Source of the DNA: Hydrolagus affinis
Lineage: Eukaryota
Direction: 5' to 3'
Assembly (NCBI GenBank): GCA_012026655.1
Contig: JAAILG010001090.1
Span: 1-64,000, forward strand
DNA length: 64,000 nt
Shown: positions 51,502 through 63,900 of the stretch, one piece after another
Numbering within the stretch: position 1 is the first letter of the stretch
How the letters are laid out: each line of letters starts with the position of its first letter
The notes under the pieces: generated by a model
Told to the model about the DNA's origin: nothing
What the model saw: only the letters and a program-made list of their open reading frames with translations
Databases searched by the model: none
Position numbers and translations under genes: made by a program

Positions 51502-53185
51502 GTGAAGATGTGGCTGATGAAGGAGATCGATTCCCCTGGTCACAACAATCTACGTCTAACTGACAGGTACCTAATTAGGGTTAACAGAGAGTTCCTGATC
51601 TTTCTTCTGTATCAGAAATATATGTAAATGTATACTTTACATTTTTTTTAAATGATGCATACATGTATTGTGGCTTTGAATAGCATTCCTATTTATTTTT
51701 TTTAAAACCCTAATACCATTGCAAACAACATAGCATAAAAGGAAGATTAACAGTTCAAACAGTTTACACTTGAATTTGGTTAAAAAAAAAGCGTGTGGGT
51801 TTGCTCACGTACATTGTCTTTTTTTTCCCCCAGTTAAGTTTAATGCAGAATGGAACATTTTTAATTATCTGTTCGTTTCCAGTGAGAGAATTAACCAACC
51901 CAACTCTCAGTCTAAGTCAGGCATAAACAGATCAGAAGCACTGAAGCACTTTGCCTACAAAAGCCCCCAAAATACATTTTAGTCTCAACATCTGAAGTGC
52001 ACCAAGAGTGACATTTCTATTTCCATGTAGCCTCTCTTAGTAGAGTTATTGAATTGCTACTGTTTTGTGCAGAGGACTTGTATCAAATGGAAGATGGATT
52101 AGGACTCAAATGATTTAAAACCCTTGACAACCATTAGGGACAGGAGAAATCCATTACAACAGTTAGACAAGGTATCTGGACCAGAGTTCAACACAATCCT
52201 TAAAGAAGAAAGGACACTGGAGTGGAAATATCTTTCATTGCCATTTTTGACAGATTTTAGCTTGACGATTTAAGTTAGCAGAATAAAAATTACTGCCAGA
52301 ATTACTAAAGCACTTTCATCAAATATGCCTTTTTTTTAACCAGTAACATATTCATTATTTAAAGTTGTTCAATTTAAGTAATTTTGATAATTTCTGATTC
52401 TGTTTGATTCAATTTCAATTAATTTCAATTTCATTTTCAATTTCAATTAAGGTGCAAATTCTAATAGAACAATGATAAATCAATACCTTTACGGGACTAT
52501 TTCATTTATAACAAACAGTAGTTTTATGCTTAATATTTTTTAAATGAAAAATAGTTTTGCACTGTTCACGTTCTGTTTCTTAGAATTAATATGCTCTCTC
52601 GTAACCTTATCAGTGTTAAAATGATTTAACTTTTTAAATAGTAAAGTGCCAATAAACATGTGTACCGATGTAACAAATTATGCTTTCATTGTTTAAGATG
52701 ATGTGACCTCACTTTAAACCTTTAGTGATTAACTAACCAGAGATGAGATAACGATGCTGAGTTCATTTGAAAGCTCCACTTATCTATTAAAATTATTCCT
52801 TCAGAAGCCTTTTGTTGCTGCCTCTCCTTATTCTTTATGTGCTTGGGTGGTTAATTCTCTTGTGCCTTCCTTTATATCAGCTAAAGCATTGTAGACACTG
52901 AGAGAGATTTACACTTAATATAAGCCTCCATTGACTCAAATACATATTTTTTCTCTGAGAATGATGACTTGGATATAGTCCTTTGGTTAATATTGGGTCT
53001 CAAATTGTTTGGGTGTAATCTGAATATTGTTTCTTTTTGAATGTCAAATTCTAACAGATATATAGTTCATTTGTATATTGGTAATGAAGATGTGGTTGAC
53101 TAAGGAGATCAATTCCCCTGACTACATATATCTACCTCAAATTGAAAAGTAGCTAATTAGGGATAGCTGAGAGTTCCCCAGATAC
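51502..53185 (+). repeat. Pair of diverged ~100-bp direct repeats (51502-51598 and 53084-53180)
   Basis: tgaagatgtgg(c/t)tga..aaggagatc.attcccctg..cac..a.tctac.tc.aa.tga.a.gta.ctaattaggg.ta...gagagttcc occurs in both. Confidence 0.85.
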
Positions 53186-53949
53186 TGAGAGTCAGTTTTT
53201 TCATCCTCCTTGCCAATTTGTTCTGTTTTCCTCTCTTCAAAGCGTTTGACACCATTAGGTTTCTTTTTACTGTGCAATAATTTCATGTGTGGCAGTCACC
53301 TTCTGGTGTTTTTTCTAATTTAGTGCTAAGGTTGTCTTCAAAATCTACCTCTTTGTCTGCACCTATGGTCACCCCACGGCCTCTCCTCCCACCCTCTGAC
53401 CGCCACCATCTCGGTAAATCGCTCTGAGACATTACACTGATTGAAGGGCTCTATGTTGATCCAATTTGCAGTTCTTGTGCAATACAGTATCTCATGAGGA
53501 CAAACCTAAAATCCAATTCCATTCACAAGCCTAGGAGCCTTCCTACAAAATATAGCACTTGACATTCACTGCAGATTTAAAATATGTTTCAGGATTCACA
53601 CACCATAGTACTATTATGCTAGCAACAAGGGAATGAATGTTGGCCCATCTATAAGATTTGAAAATGTAATTGTTGCCAAAATGTCCTGATTATAAAAGAA
53701 CTTCTAATGCAAACATCAAAACAGATAACACCCCTTGCTGCGATCATTAATGCTTATTGACTTGTAAATCCTTCCCATTTAGTTTTCGTTCACATAAAGT
53801 AGCTTTCACAATGATTTGGGGATACCCGAAGACATTAGTAATCCAAATGCAATGTGAACCAGGCACCACTTTATTTATTTCTTTTTTTAAAAAAACAAAT
53901 CTGCTCATGCAGGAGGCAGCCTGCTATTTATTCTTTTTATAACGGTTGT

Positions 53950-54350
53950 CAAGGATTTGCAATTTTCAGCGTCTAAGTATGGGTTTAGAATTGTTTTGCT
54001 TGTGGGGTGCCATCAAGGTTAGAGATGTTATTGCTGAGGCTGAATGTTCTCGCACTCTTGATTAGATTACAGGCATTTTTCTGCTGCAAGTACAGATGTG
54101 CAAAGAACCGAGTCTTAACATGGAGGGGAGGGGAATCGTAATATACAGTTATACCTTCCTGTCAGGGGATGGAAACCTAAGAGGTGATCATGGTTCTGAA
54201 TGCAACTGCCATGAAAGAAATAACAATAACAGGCATCTTCCAGCCCTTCTTCTTGATAAGTGTTGGCTTCCTACTGTTGCCGGTGAGAGGGATGCATTTA
54301 CATTTTCAGACTTAAGCCATTTCCGCAAAATCAAGCAACTGTTGGCACGT
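53950..54350 (+). mobile_element. RTE-clade LINE endonuclease (APE) fossil
   Basis: CKEPSLNMEGRGIVIYSYTFLSGDGNLRGDHG (cf. LxETRLxxEG..GYTFxWSG...HGV). Confidence 0.55.
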
Positions 54351-54849
54351 GCATCTTGCTCATGAGATCACTCTCTGAAAAAACACACAGTCACTATACA
54401 TTACTTTGAATGCTGTGAAGCAACCTGAGGTGTCGTCTTCCAGATGTGAAATGTGCTATATCAGATGGAAGGATTATTATTGTTACTTTACTCAATGTCT
54501 TAAGCCAACATAGTATTCTTCATCAAAGTGCTTTGGTTTCCTTCAAGGATGACAAAAGTCTGTTGTCCCACCACCCTGGATTCACTCTGGCATGAAACAT
54601 ACTATATAAAAAATATTAACAGTTTAGATCAATCCCACTACTTAACTTCTCCATGTCTACTTCAGTACAAACAATCCCATATGCCAGCACAGCCTAATAA
54701 ACAGATTGGTTTCTCCTCTGGCTATATTCAAACTTGCTTGACACTAAACAAAATCTTACAGCAATTGCAAGTAGATACGTTTAACCTATTGATTTTAGTA
54801 AATAATACCACTGTATACTATCAAATATGTCCCATTTCTACACTAGCAT

Positions 54850-56200
54850 CATTAAGACCGAACCTGGAGCCAAATATACATGTTCAAATAGCTCTGTTTC
54901 TCTGTGTTAAACCTTTACATTTCCCACTGGCATTCGAATGAAAGGTTGCTTTTTAAAAATGGGAGGAACTTTAATGAAGAAGCTGCACATGAAAAAAACA
55001 TTTACTTCTCTCACGCAGGAAAAAGGCTGCTTTATATACGTTGTCATGAGGTTTGTGATGTTAATTTTATCCTTTTATTTATGGATTTTCATGAAGTCAT
55101 CTGCTGCCATTCTACCATTAAATGCAAATTACTCTTCTGGCTTTGTTTACGTGATACAATTAGTTTTTTTTCCAAAAGGTCTTAATTAAACAAATCAAAC
55201 TTTTTCCCCTCAATTGTATAACTCCTGGAGATTTATTCTTCTGTAAAATGATGATCAGTGAAATATGAATTTAATATACATCTACTCACGCTTAACATCT
55301 ATCAGAATCCAAAGGATTAATGAGTTCTGTAATGACGACCATGTCCAAACATCAGAAGGCTTTGCTAATGTTTTGATCAGACCTGACCAGGGTATTAAGA
55401 TCTTGCCAACAGCTAAAGGGTGGGAAATAATCACACTGAATAAAAGTCCAAATTCCTTCAACCAGTAATGAAATCTGACCGCATATTGATTCAGTATATT
55501 AATAAGAATGCTAATTCAAAGCAAACATTCACAACTCCTCGCACTTTAAAATAAATTGGGCTAATGTTTAACCACCCTGGCCAGTGTTAATTCACTGCAA
55601 ATTATGAAAAGAACATAAAACAATCTTGTTTTTTTGAAAAAAAAGGAGATAAATAAATTGTTGAGAAAATGTCTGATTTTGAATCTCTGCTCTATTTCCA
55701 TTTCATTAGACTCTTCTGGAGAATCAACCAAACTGGAGAATCCTCTGGAAAATCTCTTCAAGACAGTGTCATGAGTTCTGAGCTAAATCGGATTAAGTGC
55801 TGTCGCTTGCCTTCTGGCGTGTCAGTGGCTTAGCAAGCGGTGGTCTTATTTAGTCGAAGCAACCAACATCCGACTGCGAATGTTACTCTACCATCATTTT
55901 TTTTAACCTGCTCTACACCTTGAATTCTCTGAGAAACAGATCATGGTTCTACCCGTGGTACATTGACCAGTGAAGTGTGACAGCACTTACGTTTCACCAG
56001 ATTATTTGCTGAGCGGGCAAGTTGGTGTGTTGTCAGAACTTCTATCCTTGGAGACAAGCGTGATTGCTTTTTCAAGTATATTTTGGGGGTTTCAAAAAAA
56101 TTACATTAACTTCGCTGCACAATTTTTTTCTGTAAGTAAACCACAGTCGACCTCAGTTGATGTTTCTTTGTCCTCATCAAAGTGAGTTTTTTTGTGGTGT
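54850..56200 (+). pseudogene. Ancient hAT (ZNF862/C17orf113-like) transposase fossil
   Basis: Ordered remnants: IHNSSHFKINWA (~55527, cf. IHCxAHRLxLA), LYFHF..R, QWLSK (~55823, cf. RWLS) and LSELL..FQKNYIN. Confidence 0.5.
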
Positions 56201-56569
56201 GTCTGGCACACAGGGAAACCCGCAAGAGTAAGAGAAAGCAGACCTTAAAAATGGCACATGTTTACATTGAGGCCGATTCCTCCTGCTGCTATATATAGTG
56301 ACTTTGCTGATCCAGAGCTTGCTTCTGGATTAGCACTAATGTGTCAGGTCCTTTGATGATGGACTAATCTTGGGGTTTGTCACATGGTCAAAGTCACTAC
56401 ACTTTACATTAAGAACTTCGAAGTCACGTAAAGCACAACCAGTAAGCCTCCCATTTTTTCAGTCCCCCCAAAGAAAATGCATGTCTTTTTGATTCCCATA
56501 GAAGCATGTTTCCAACTGTTCCAATTCAAACATTTTTTAAAACTCTCCTATCCCACACAATTATTTTGA

Positions 56570-56781
56570 TGGGTGCTCTGAGTGTCGCAACTAAACTATG
56601 AGCAGTCTTGTGATGTGAGACTAATAGAAATGGGTTGAACCCCAAAGTCATTCTACTCTGGCTCCATTACAGCCAGCAGAGAAAGGATTTTGCTCCTTCC
56701 AATAGTGTAGGGGGTGAATTAAAACCCAGATGCCAGAGATGAAAGACCGGTAGACTATACCAATGCGCCATTCATTTTCCC
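56570..56781 (-). mobile_element. Old tRNA-headed SINE fragment (LF-SINE-like head)
   Basis: Minus strand tggcgcattggtatagtctaccggtctttcatctctggcatctgggtt has A/B-box-like features and a TTTCA loop. Confidence 0.4.
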
Positions 56782-58229
56782 TCTCCTAACCCCTCCATTA
56801 TTAAGCAGTTCTTAGTTGTTTATATTATTAATTAGATCATTATTTCCCCCCAAAATTGTAAATAAATCAAAATTGTACACTTCAGAAAGTGTGTTTAATT
56901 TTTTGTACTAATTTGTGTAGTTTTATGTTTTCTTTGTTCAGGTTATTTAGTGGTGTAAAAATTCATTTGTCATTGATATTTCCAATGCCAGCACTCATTA
57001 AATTATGTTTGCTCAAGAAATACAAAGGATTAAGATATAATGAAGGATTCCACATATATTTATATTAAAAAATTCCATGATTTTACACATTTTAATACAT
57101 GCATTTTACTGTAATGATAAGATTACCATACATTCCCAAAGGATTTTCTAACACAACCCACATGAGAACTCGTACCAGGAAATTGATGCATATACATCTG
57201 TGAACTGAACTAGTTCTCATTTCTCTGATCAAAACCCTTTCATATGGTCAAATTAAACCAGCTGCATATCAATCTAGTATTAGCTGGAATTAACCCAAAA
57301 TTACATTTATGAAAAATGCATTATTATTTGAAGTGACTTCCCCAATTATTATTTGTGACCAATTTAAAGATGCCTCTTTTTCAGCACCTTGGGACGTCCT
57401 CCTGATATGAAAGGCGCTATAAAAGTTTAATTTTGTGGTTGTGGTTGTTGTTGTTGTTCCACAGCTCTCGGCAAAAAAAAACTCTGCAAAATACAATTGG
57501 TAATACAGTATTTATGAATCCAATATATATGATTAAATCGCTTTCAGTAGCTAAAATGTAATTTGGTAGTGTTTCAAGCATTTCTTTGAAATAACTTGAA
57601 ATAGAGGGATATTGAGCAGATGTCTGTACCTAATTTATAGTTTATAGAAAAAATACATGAAGATCAAATTCTTTTTAAAAAATGTTATTAAAGTGATAAA
57701 TTGCACAACCAGCTTTTCAATAACTTTAAGAAAATGACCCGTGAAAGATCTTGGGTTGCGCAATGATGGCGCAGAATTTTCAAGGAAGCCACTTAGGCAG
57801 TTATAGTGTGTTGGCAGAATCAATTCATGCCCATTTGGTTCACACTGCAGACTGAGAGCTCTCAGACACTACCCTGAATGAAAGGCAATATATAAATGCA
57901 AATAGTCAGCATTGTTGATGTGCTATTCAAATCCGCTCCTTAAGTTGGTCTCACAGGAGAGAGCCAGAGCCATTCACCTCCGACTGACACTGCTTAACCC
58001 AGACTTACAGAGCAATCATTAAGGTGATCTTACCAATGACTCATATTTGACCAAAAGGGAAGTTCAGTATTAACCCAGAGTAAGGTACGGTAATAAAAAA
58101 ACATTTATCTGAATTCTCCTGCTCATAGATTGGTTGGTGCAACAATGATACAATCTGTTTAACAGAAAGTTAACATTTTCTCTTCTTTCCTTCTATGTAA
58201 ACCTAACCTTCTAAATTGAATACAAATAA

Positions 58230-59300
58230 AGACATCAACAACTTAAAGATATTGGCTCCAGATTGATCCCCATCCATTTATTTGCGAGTTCCATCACAGA
58301 TTTGTTTTGCTCTGTGCTCAGCACTTCTTAAAACCTCCAGTGATTTACTGGAACAGCAAATGCACCATGCAGCAATAAAATCAATTAAGAACTGAAGAAT
58401 TCATTTGTTTTAATACCTTATGTTGCTTTTTTACGTTTCTCACGTCTGTCGGTCCCCAATGTTATAGGATGGCATCAAATGACGGCGTCACAGAAGACTG
58501 GGACAGTCAGGTATCATTTTCTCGTTGGAAAGGCAGCAAAGTAAAGTCGGTGGTTAATTTAACAATAATCCCTACACTTGAGATTAGTCTTTTCACATCA
58601 GGAAGATGTGTCAAAAATGTTTCACTGGATTTATTATTAAGAGTAGAGACTGTGTGTTTTGTTGGTGAACATGGAATTCATTGTGCGCAAGGCGATGTCT
58701 CACAAATAATTCTGACGTGATTGACATATATTTTTATTTTGTCGTCATACCCCTCCCAAATAATATTGGCCTCGTCACTGGGGGGAAAATCCCATCTATT
58801 TTCAAATAGTTCCACCTGATCACGCACATGATACTTATCAGTATAGGTATGTGACTTATCAGGCACATGATACTTTTCTTCGATGCAATGGGTTAAGTGA
58901 TTGCTCCTGTCATATTCAACCTACTGATGATTTTCAGTTTGATTGCCCACCACCCAGTAACTTGTGATATATGTGTTGTACTGAGCAAAATAGGCAACAA
59001 GCAATGGGAATAACACTGAATCATCAAAGCTATTTCAACCGTGGAACAGATTTAAAATAGTGACGCACTTCAGTGAAAACATTACTCACTTCTAGACAAT
59101 ATGTTACGACAAAATTAAACCAGAACTAATTATTGCACCACTGAGTGAAGAGAAGCCTGCAATTCAAGGATAATCTGTTGCAAACAAGTGGCTGAACATT
59201 TGGAGGGTGCTCGAGTGACTTACATTACAGATAGTGCTGACTGTGTTGAAATTAAGAGTTGGAAAAGAGTGATTAGAACAATAGGTCGAATGATCTTCTG
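58230..59300 (-). pseudogene. Ancient PIF/Harbinger transposase fossil with an inserted SINE tail (~58560-58670)
   Basis: HLFATD (~59185), FENRWDFP (~58800, cf. FxxRWNFP), DA..DV, GAFAVPVNHWRF (~58366, cf. DxAFxLxxNLMRPF), LSTEQ and NIFKLL (cf. NAFGIL). Confidence 0.6.
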
Positions 59301-60718
59301 TGCAGCAAATAGTTGATGATAATTATTTCCATGCAGGTTTGGGCCAACAGTATTGTATGAGAAAGGCCTAAATATGAAACAGAAGGAACAATTGTAAAGC
59401 TGAAAGACAGAACATAAGGACAGTAATGTTTTGTGAAATGCGAAAGGTGTATTACTGGAAAAATGAGGATGTGAGAAGAGAATGAAAATCATGGTGGATT
59501 TGGTCAAATATATGATAACAAGGAATTAAAAACCTAACTGCAATTCACACAAAATATGACATAAAAATATTAACATATCATATACTGTAATATTTTCCAA
59601 TTTAAAGGAAACAGCATAAGCAGAACTGCTGCACAACTGAATAATATTTATAAGTAGATCTCTCCCTCCCTTACATTTACAGGAAATGAAGAGCCTGGAC
59701 GTTTGGCAAAGGGCTAATAAGGTACTTTAACAATGGGTTGAAATTCTAGTCAGAGTCAGAGTTCTGCATAGCACCGTTGGCTATTACAATGGAGAAATCC
59801 TATCGGCAAAAGATGTAGCACTGACCAGATGTATAGAGATAGATAGAGTGATACGCCATGGAAACATGTCTCTCTTGAACTAGTCCATGCCAGGGATTAT
59901 ACTCCTTATAGCTCTCACTCCTCCTAAGCCCCTCACACCCATCTAGGATTTTTTTTTCCTTCTCAAAATTTTATTGGATTTAATTTTTACATTTTTATAT
60001 TACACAAGCCTGCATTCTCCTGTAACTAAACGACTTATCCTTTTTTCAGAATACTTGTCCCCTCTGTGATGAACAGTTCTATTCATTTAATCAAGGGTGC
60101 ATAGAGTGTGTGATGGATGAGATGAAATCTTTTGGTGTTTTTTTAAGTTAAAAATTAATTAAATTGAGGAATAAAAATTAATAACCCAGTTTATGAAATA
60201 TACATACATTTGGATATCCTATGCCCTTGGCTAATGTGTGAAAATGATATTTTATTACAACTATTTCTTCTCTGATTTATCCTAGTGTCTGAAATAGAAT
60301 ATACCAGCTGCTATGGTTCTCTGCTACCTGTGTATTTATCTTCTGCTCTTTGTTGTTCAAAACAAATTGCAATTCAAATCTGTTGAGACTGTAGATAGAT
60401 CAAACAGAATGCAACTTAATAAGCCATACTTTCTTTCCACTGTAGCTATTAGGATCAAACAGATACACAGACAGCAAAAATGCAAGTGTGATCCAACATT
60501 CTTTCAACAAACGCAGACTAATCATTTACTTGCAGCAATGCATAATTGTAACACATTTTTCTACTATTATTATTTTATATATAAATACACTGGATAAATC
60601 AATTATTTCAAAGCATTACATTTTTACCTACATGAATAGTGGGAAAACATGATTTGAATAAGATTTCAACATTTACAGTAGTTTGCAATAATAATTTACC
60701 TGATTTCAATCTCATTGA

Positions 60719-61760
60719 ATGCTAACTCAAGAAAGTGAGATTAAAATATTTGTGGCACAGTATAGTGGTACCCTTTATGATGGGAGGATGCATTACAACC
60801 CATTACAAAGTGGGGATGGTGATGGGGGAGAAAAGACTTTGATCAGTGTATTATGGAAAGGGGTCTTAAGACAGACTTTGCAGACTGTAATGCATTGCTT
60901 CTATATCAGTGACAAGCCTCCAGAGTATCTGGCTATGGATGTTTCCTCATAACATCGTGGCAGGCATTGTAATAGTCAAAATTCACTCAGTTGTTACATC
61001 AATAATAAAACAAAAGCTACCCCCGAGACTTAACATATAATATGAAGCCCTGTAGCTCAGTAGTTGGAGCACTCGCCTTGCAAGCAAGAGACTCGGGTTC
61101 GATTACCGGCAGGGTAAAACCTTGGACAAGTTTCCTTCCTCCACACGCCTGATAATAATCCCTCAAAATAAGCAATGATAATTTGGTCACTTCAATCCAT
61201 GACTGTTTGTGGGACACTGCCATGCGCAATTGGCTGCCGTGTTTCAACCACAAATATAAAGTTACTTTACAGTATATTCTGTGAAGCGCCTTGAGACGGC
61301 TGGAAGACGTGAAAAGCACTATATTGAATGCAAGGATGATTATTATTATTAGTATTACATCATGTGTGGCATTTAGTCACCATTGATGCATGCAAATGAG
61401 CTGCCCAAGGAGTACATGGGGGGTATCATTGCATTCCTGGCGATATAGTTTTGTTTCACCACTACTGGCAGACGGAAATCAGGTTAGCATGAGAAGAAAA
61501 TGTGTGTCATATGTCTCCTGCGGTTCATACTGTATATCCTGTTGAATATGTATCAGCACCAAAGCCTGTGAGACAATGTTAACCACTGTCCAGAAGTAGT
61601 TGGCCATCGATGAATAATGCAAGATGTAAGTAAGCTTGGACAGCTACTTTGCAAGTTTCTTTCTTCTTGCTGGTGAAGAGGAAGGAAGCAAAGCTGGAGA
61701 AAAGAAACCTGTCCCTCGGAGGCTAAATGGCTTGGGCAGAGGTGATTATAGTGCAGATTG
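60719..61760 (+). pseudogene. Ancient PIF/Harbinger transposase fossil split by a SINE
   Basis: GTLYDGRMHY..GD..GGEKTLIS, MFPHNIV, YINNK..LNI* (60995-61040, cf. YVNRKGxHSLNVQ), then after the SINE CPRST (cf. WPGS), VYPV..PVR and LTTVQK. Confidence 0.6.
61044..61350 (+). mobile_element. Full-length tRNA-Ala-derived SINE (reference copy; SINE2-1_CM-like)
   Basis: A box tagctcagtag, anticodon arm ctcgc-CTTGCAA-gc(a)ag (TGC = Ala), B box ggttcgattacc, body, L2-type stem and (ATT)n. Confidence 0.93.
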
Positions 61761-63099
61761 TGAATAGTTTAGTTCCATACCTTTCTAATACTTTGATAAG
61801 ATGTGAAAAGCACTATATCAAATACAATGATTATTATTTTTATTACGTTCTGAACACTGACTGGGATTTCCCCCAAAATCAGTGTGCTATTTGTCTTCAG
61901 TAACATTTGTCATTGTTTTTCACTTTACCTTTTAATCGAAAGGCATAATAGAAGAAATGTTTATCACTTGATAGTAAACCATTGTGTCGCAGATTGCAGA
62001 TTATAAAACACTCGTAACAGCTCGTAAAATTGCAGTGGGACCCTTCACTCTGGTCAATATGTATATTACATTATGTTCCAAATAAAAAGTACAGAATGCT
62101 TATTCATCGCTACTTTTTTGGCATTGTCTTTTGAAGCTTTTGACTTCAATTGCTCGATAAACACCTATATTGTCAGCTCAGGCATACAGCTTTCCCAGTG
62201 TGGAATAATCATTATGCTGCAGAATGAATTATTCAGGAAATTCTAACAAAGCTTGTCAGTGGAAAAGTCAACTCAAATAGAATTCCAATGGCTCCACAAC
62301 AAGTTTTGCGCAGAGTTATACTGCTTCAGCAAAACAAATTCTGTATGAACAAAAAAATGGCCACATGATTGTTGACAGTCATAGCTTTCCAATAAGATTG
62401 AAAAATTTCACTTTCAACTTTATCATTTCGATTGACAACAACAACAACAAAATTGCACTTATATAGTGCCTTTCACGTCGGGAGGACGTCCCAAAGCGCT
62501 GAACAGTCTGGTTGGGACCCGAGCGGAACAATGGTGTTCAATATAGATGGTATATGTTCAATGTAATAAATAGTGAAATACAAATTATATCTTATTGTAT
62601 GTCTTTATTTTGAATATTTATTTAAATGTTCAAAACATTTTGCTCACTTACTTTGGGGGATAAAGGATATATAGGCAGAAATTTTCTCAGGAGAAAGAGT
62701 AGGTTTATACGTTGGGTGGAAGGAGTAGATTTGATGGACCAAATGGTCTTTTTTGATCCGAAAATTTACAAGCGCAATTAAAACATACATATTTCATTCG
62801 CACAATAAAAGACACATCTTTGGAACTACCCCAAGAAAACCCTTAACTGTACCATTAATTTTAACTTGAAACACCACAGGTACATTGGGTCTTGCCTTTC
62901 TAAACGCACGGCATGCCAGAGCTTTTTAATATTACCCGATAAATAAAAGATAGATTATACAGAATGAGAAAGAAGCTGCCATTACTGCTTAAAAGGCATA
63001 GTTCAATACTGAGTGCACACAGGGCTATCTAGTGTGTTCAAAAATAAAGACTGTAAAGAAAAACTTGCTATCGAACCATTTTGAGGTTGATCAATAAAA

Positions 63100-63900
63100 A
63101 GACAAATATCTTTGAAATTTGTATTCGTCTACTCACCGCTGACAGGTATTTGGTTTGTATAACTGATGGCTTGTGCATAAACTGATCTCCGCAATACTTC
63201 AAAAAATCCATCACTTTTGAAAAAGAATCTATTTCTTGTAACATGTTGTAAATTATTTTATAAAGTATCTGAATTAAGGAAACTGAACCTTCTTTCTTTA
63301 AAAGGGATCAGCTAATGTTGCTACTAAAAATAACCGACGTTATGCCCGCTAATGCTTTAAATATGGCAGTATAAAAACATTATAGAGATTAACCAATGAT
63401 TATCATATCATATACTGGAATAGGGATTAATATTGCATAGTAGCATCTTATGATATGTCCTTTTTATATTGCTTCCAGCAGGAGAGCAATTAGGAAAGGG
63501 AAAACAGATTGATACACTCTGCTTCCAACTACTTGAAGGATGCTGAGGGCATCTCTGTGATTCACTAACTAGTGCCAAACACTGGATAACTTTTAATGTG
63601 ATTACACAATCATGAGTATGTTCATCTCTTGAATAACATTATACAGTAAATGGTCTCTGAAACACTCCTATGGACCGTCCGAACGATATTGTGAGGCAAC
63701 CTCTCAGCAGAGAACCAATAAATACCTCCATAAGCATTTATAGACAAATACATTTCCTGGTGATTTCAGTTGAGGGTTCTAGGAAGCATTGGAGAAATTG
63801 CTGGGCAAACTCAAACACATGAATTCATCCCTTGTGGTCGCATTTTTGGTGCAGACACAGAACACGTACTCATTCCTCCTTACGTGTATGGGAACCCTTC
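63100..63900 (-). pseudogene. Possible P-element/THAP9-like transposase fossil
   Basis: VRVLC..CD (~63840), RLPHNIVRTVHR (~63695, cf. DxPHLxKxxRN), QVVGSRV and HVTRNRFFFKSDGFFEVLRR (~63245-63186, cf. YLxTxRFxQDxLExFFxxIR), in the expected order. Confidence 0.45.

Noticed and set aside
52400-52455. Short TTCAAT/TTTCAA iteration as a regulatory array
   Set aside because: Simple AT-rich slippage repeat.
54528-54941. 137-aa ORF as a coding exon
   Set aside because: No domain similarity or convincing splice sites; it lies between RTE/SINE debris and a hAT fossil.
61044-61115. tRNA-Ala gene (and similar heads at 7905, 13845, 16010, 19900, 41720, 46414)
   Set aside because: Each continues into the SINE body and tail, has stem mismatches, and has no Pol III terminator after the acceptor stem, so these are SINE heads.
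62100-62420. Another hAT dimerisation-like remnant on the minus strand (YWKAM..LFH*QALLE)
   Set aside because: Only two weak motif echoes; not distinguishable from chance by eye.
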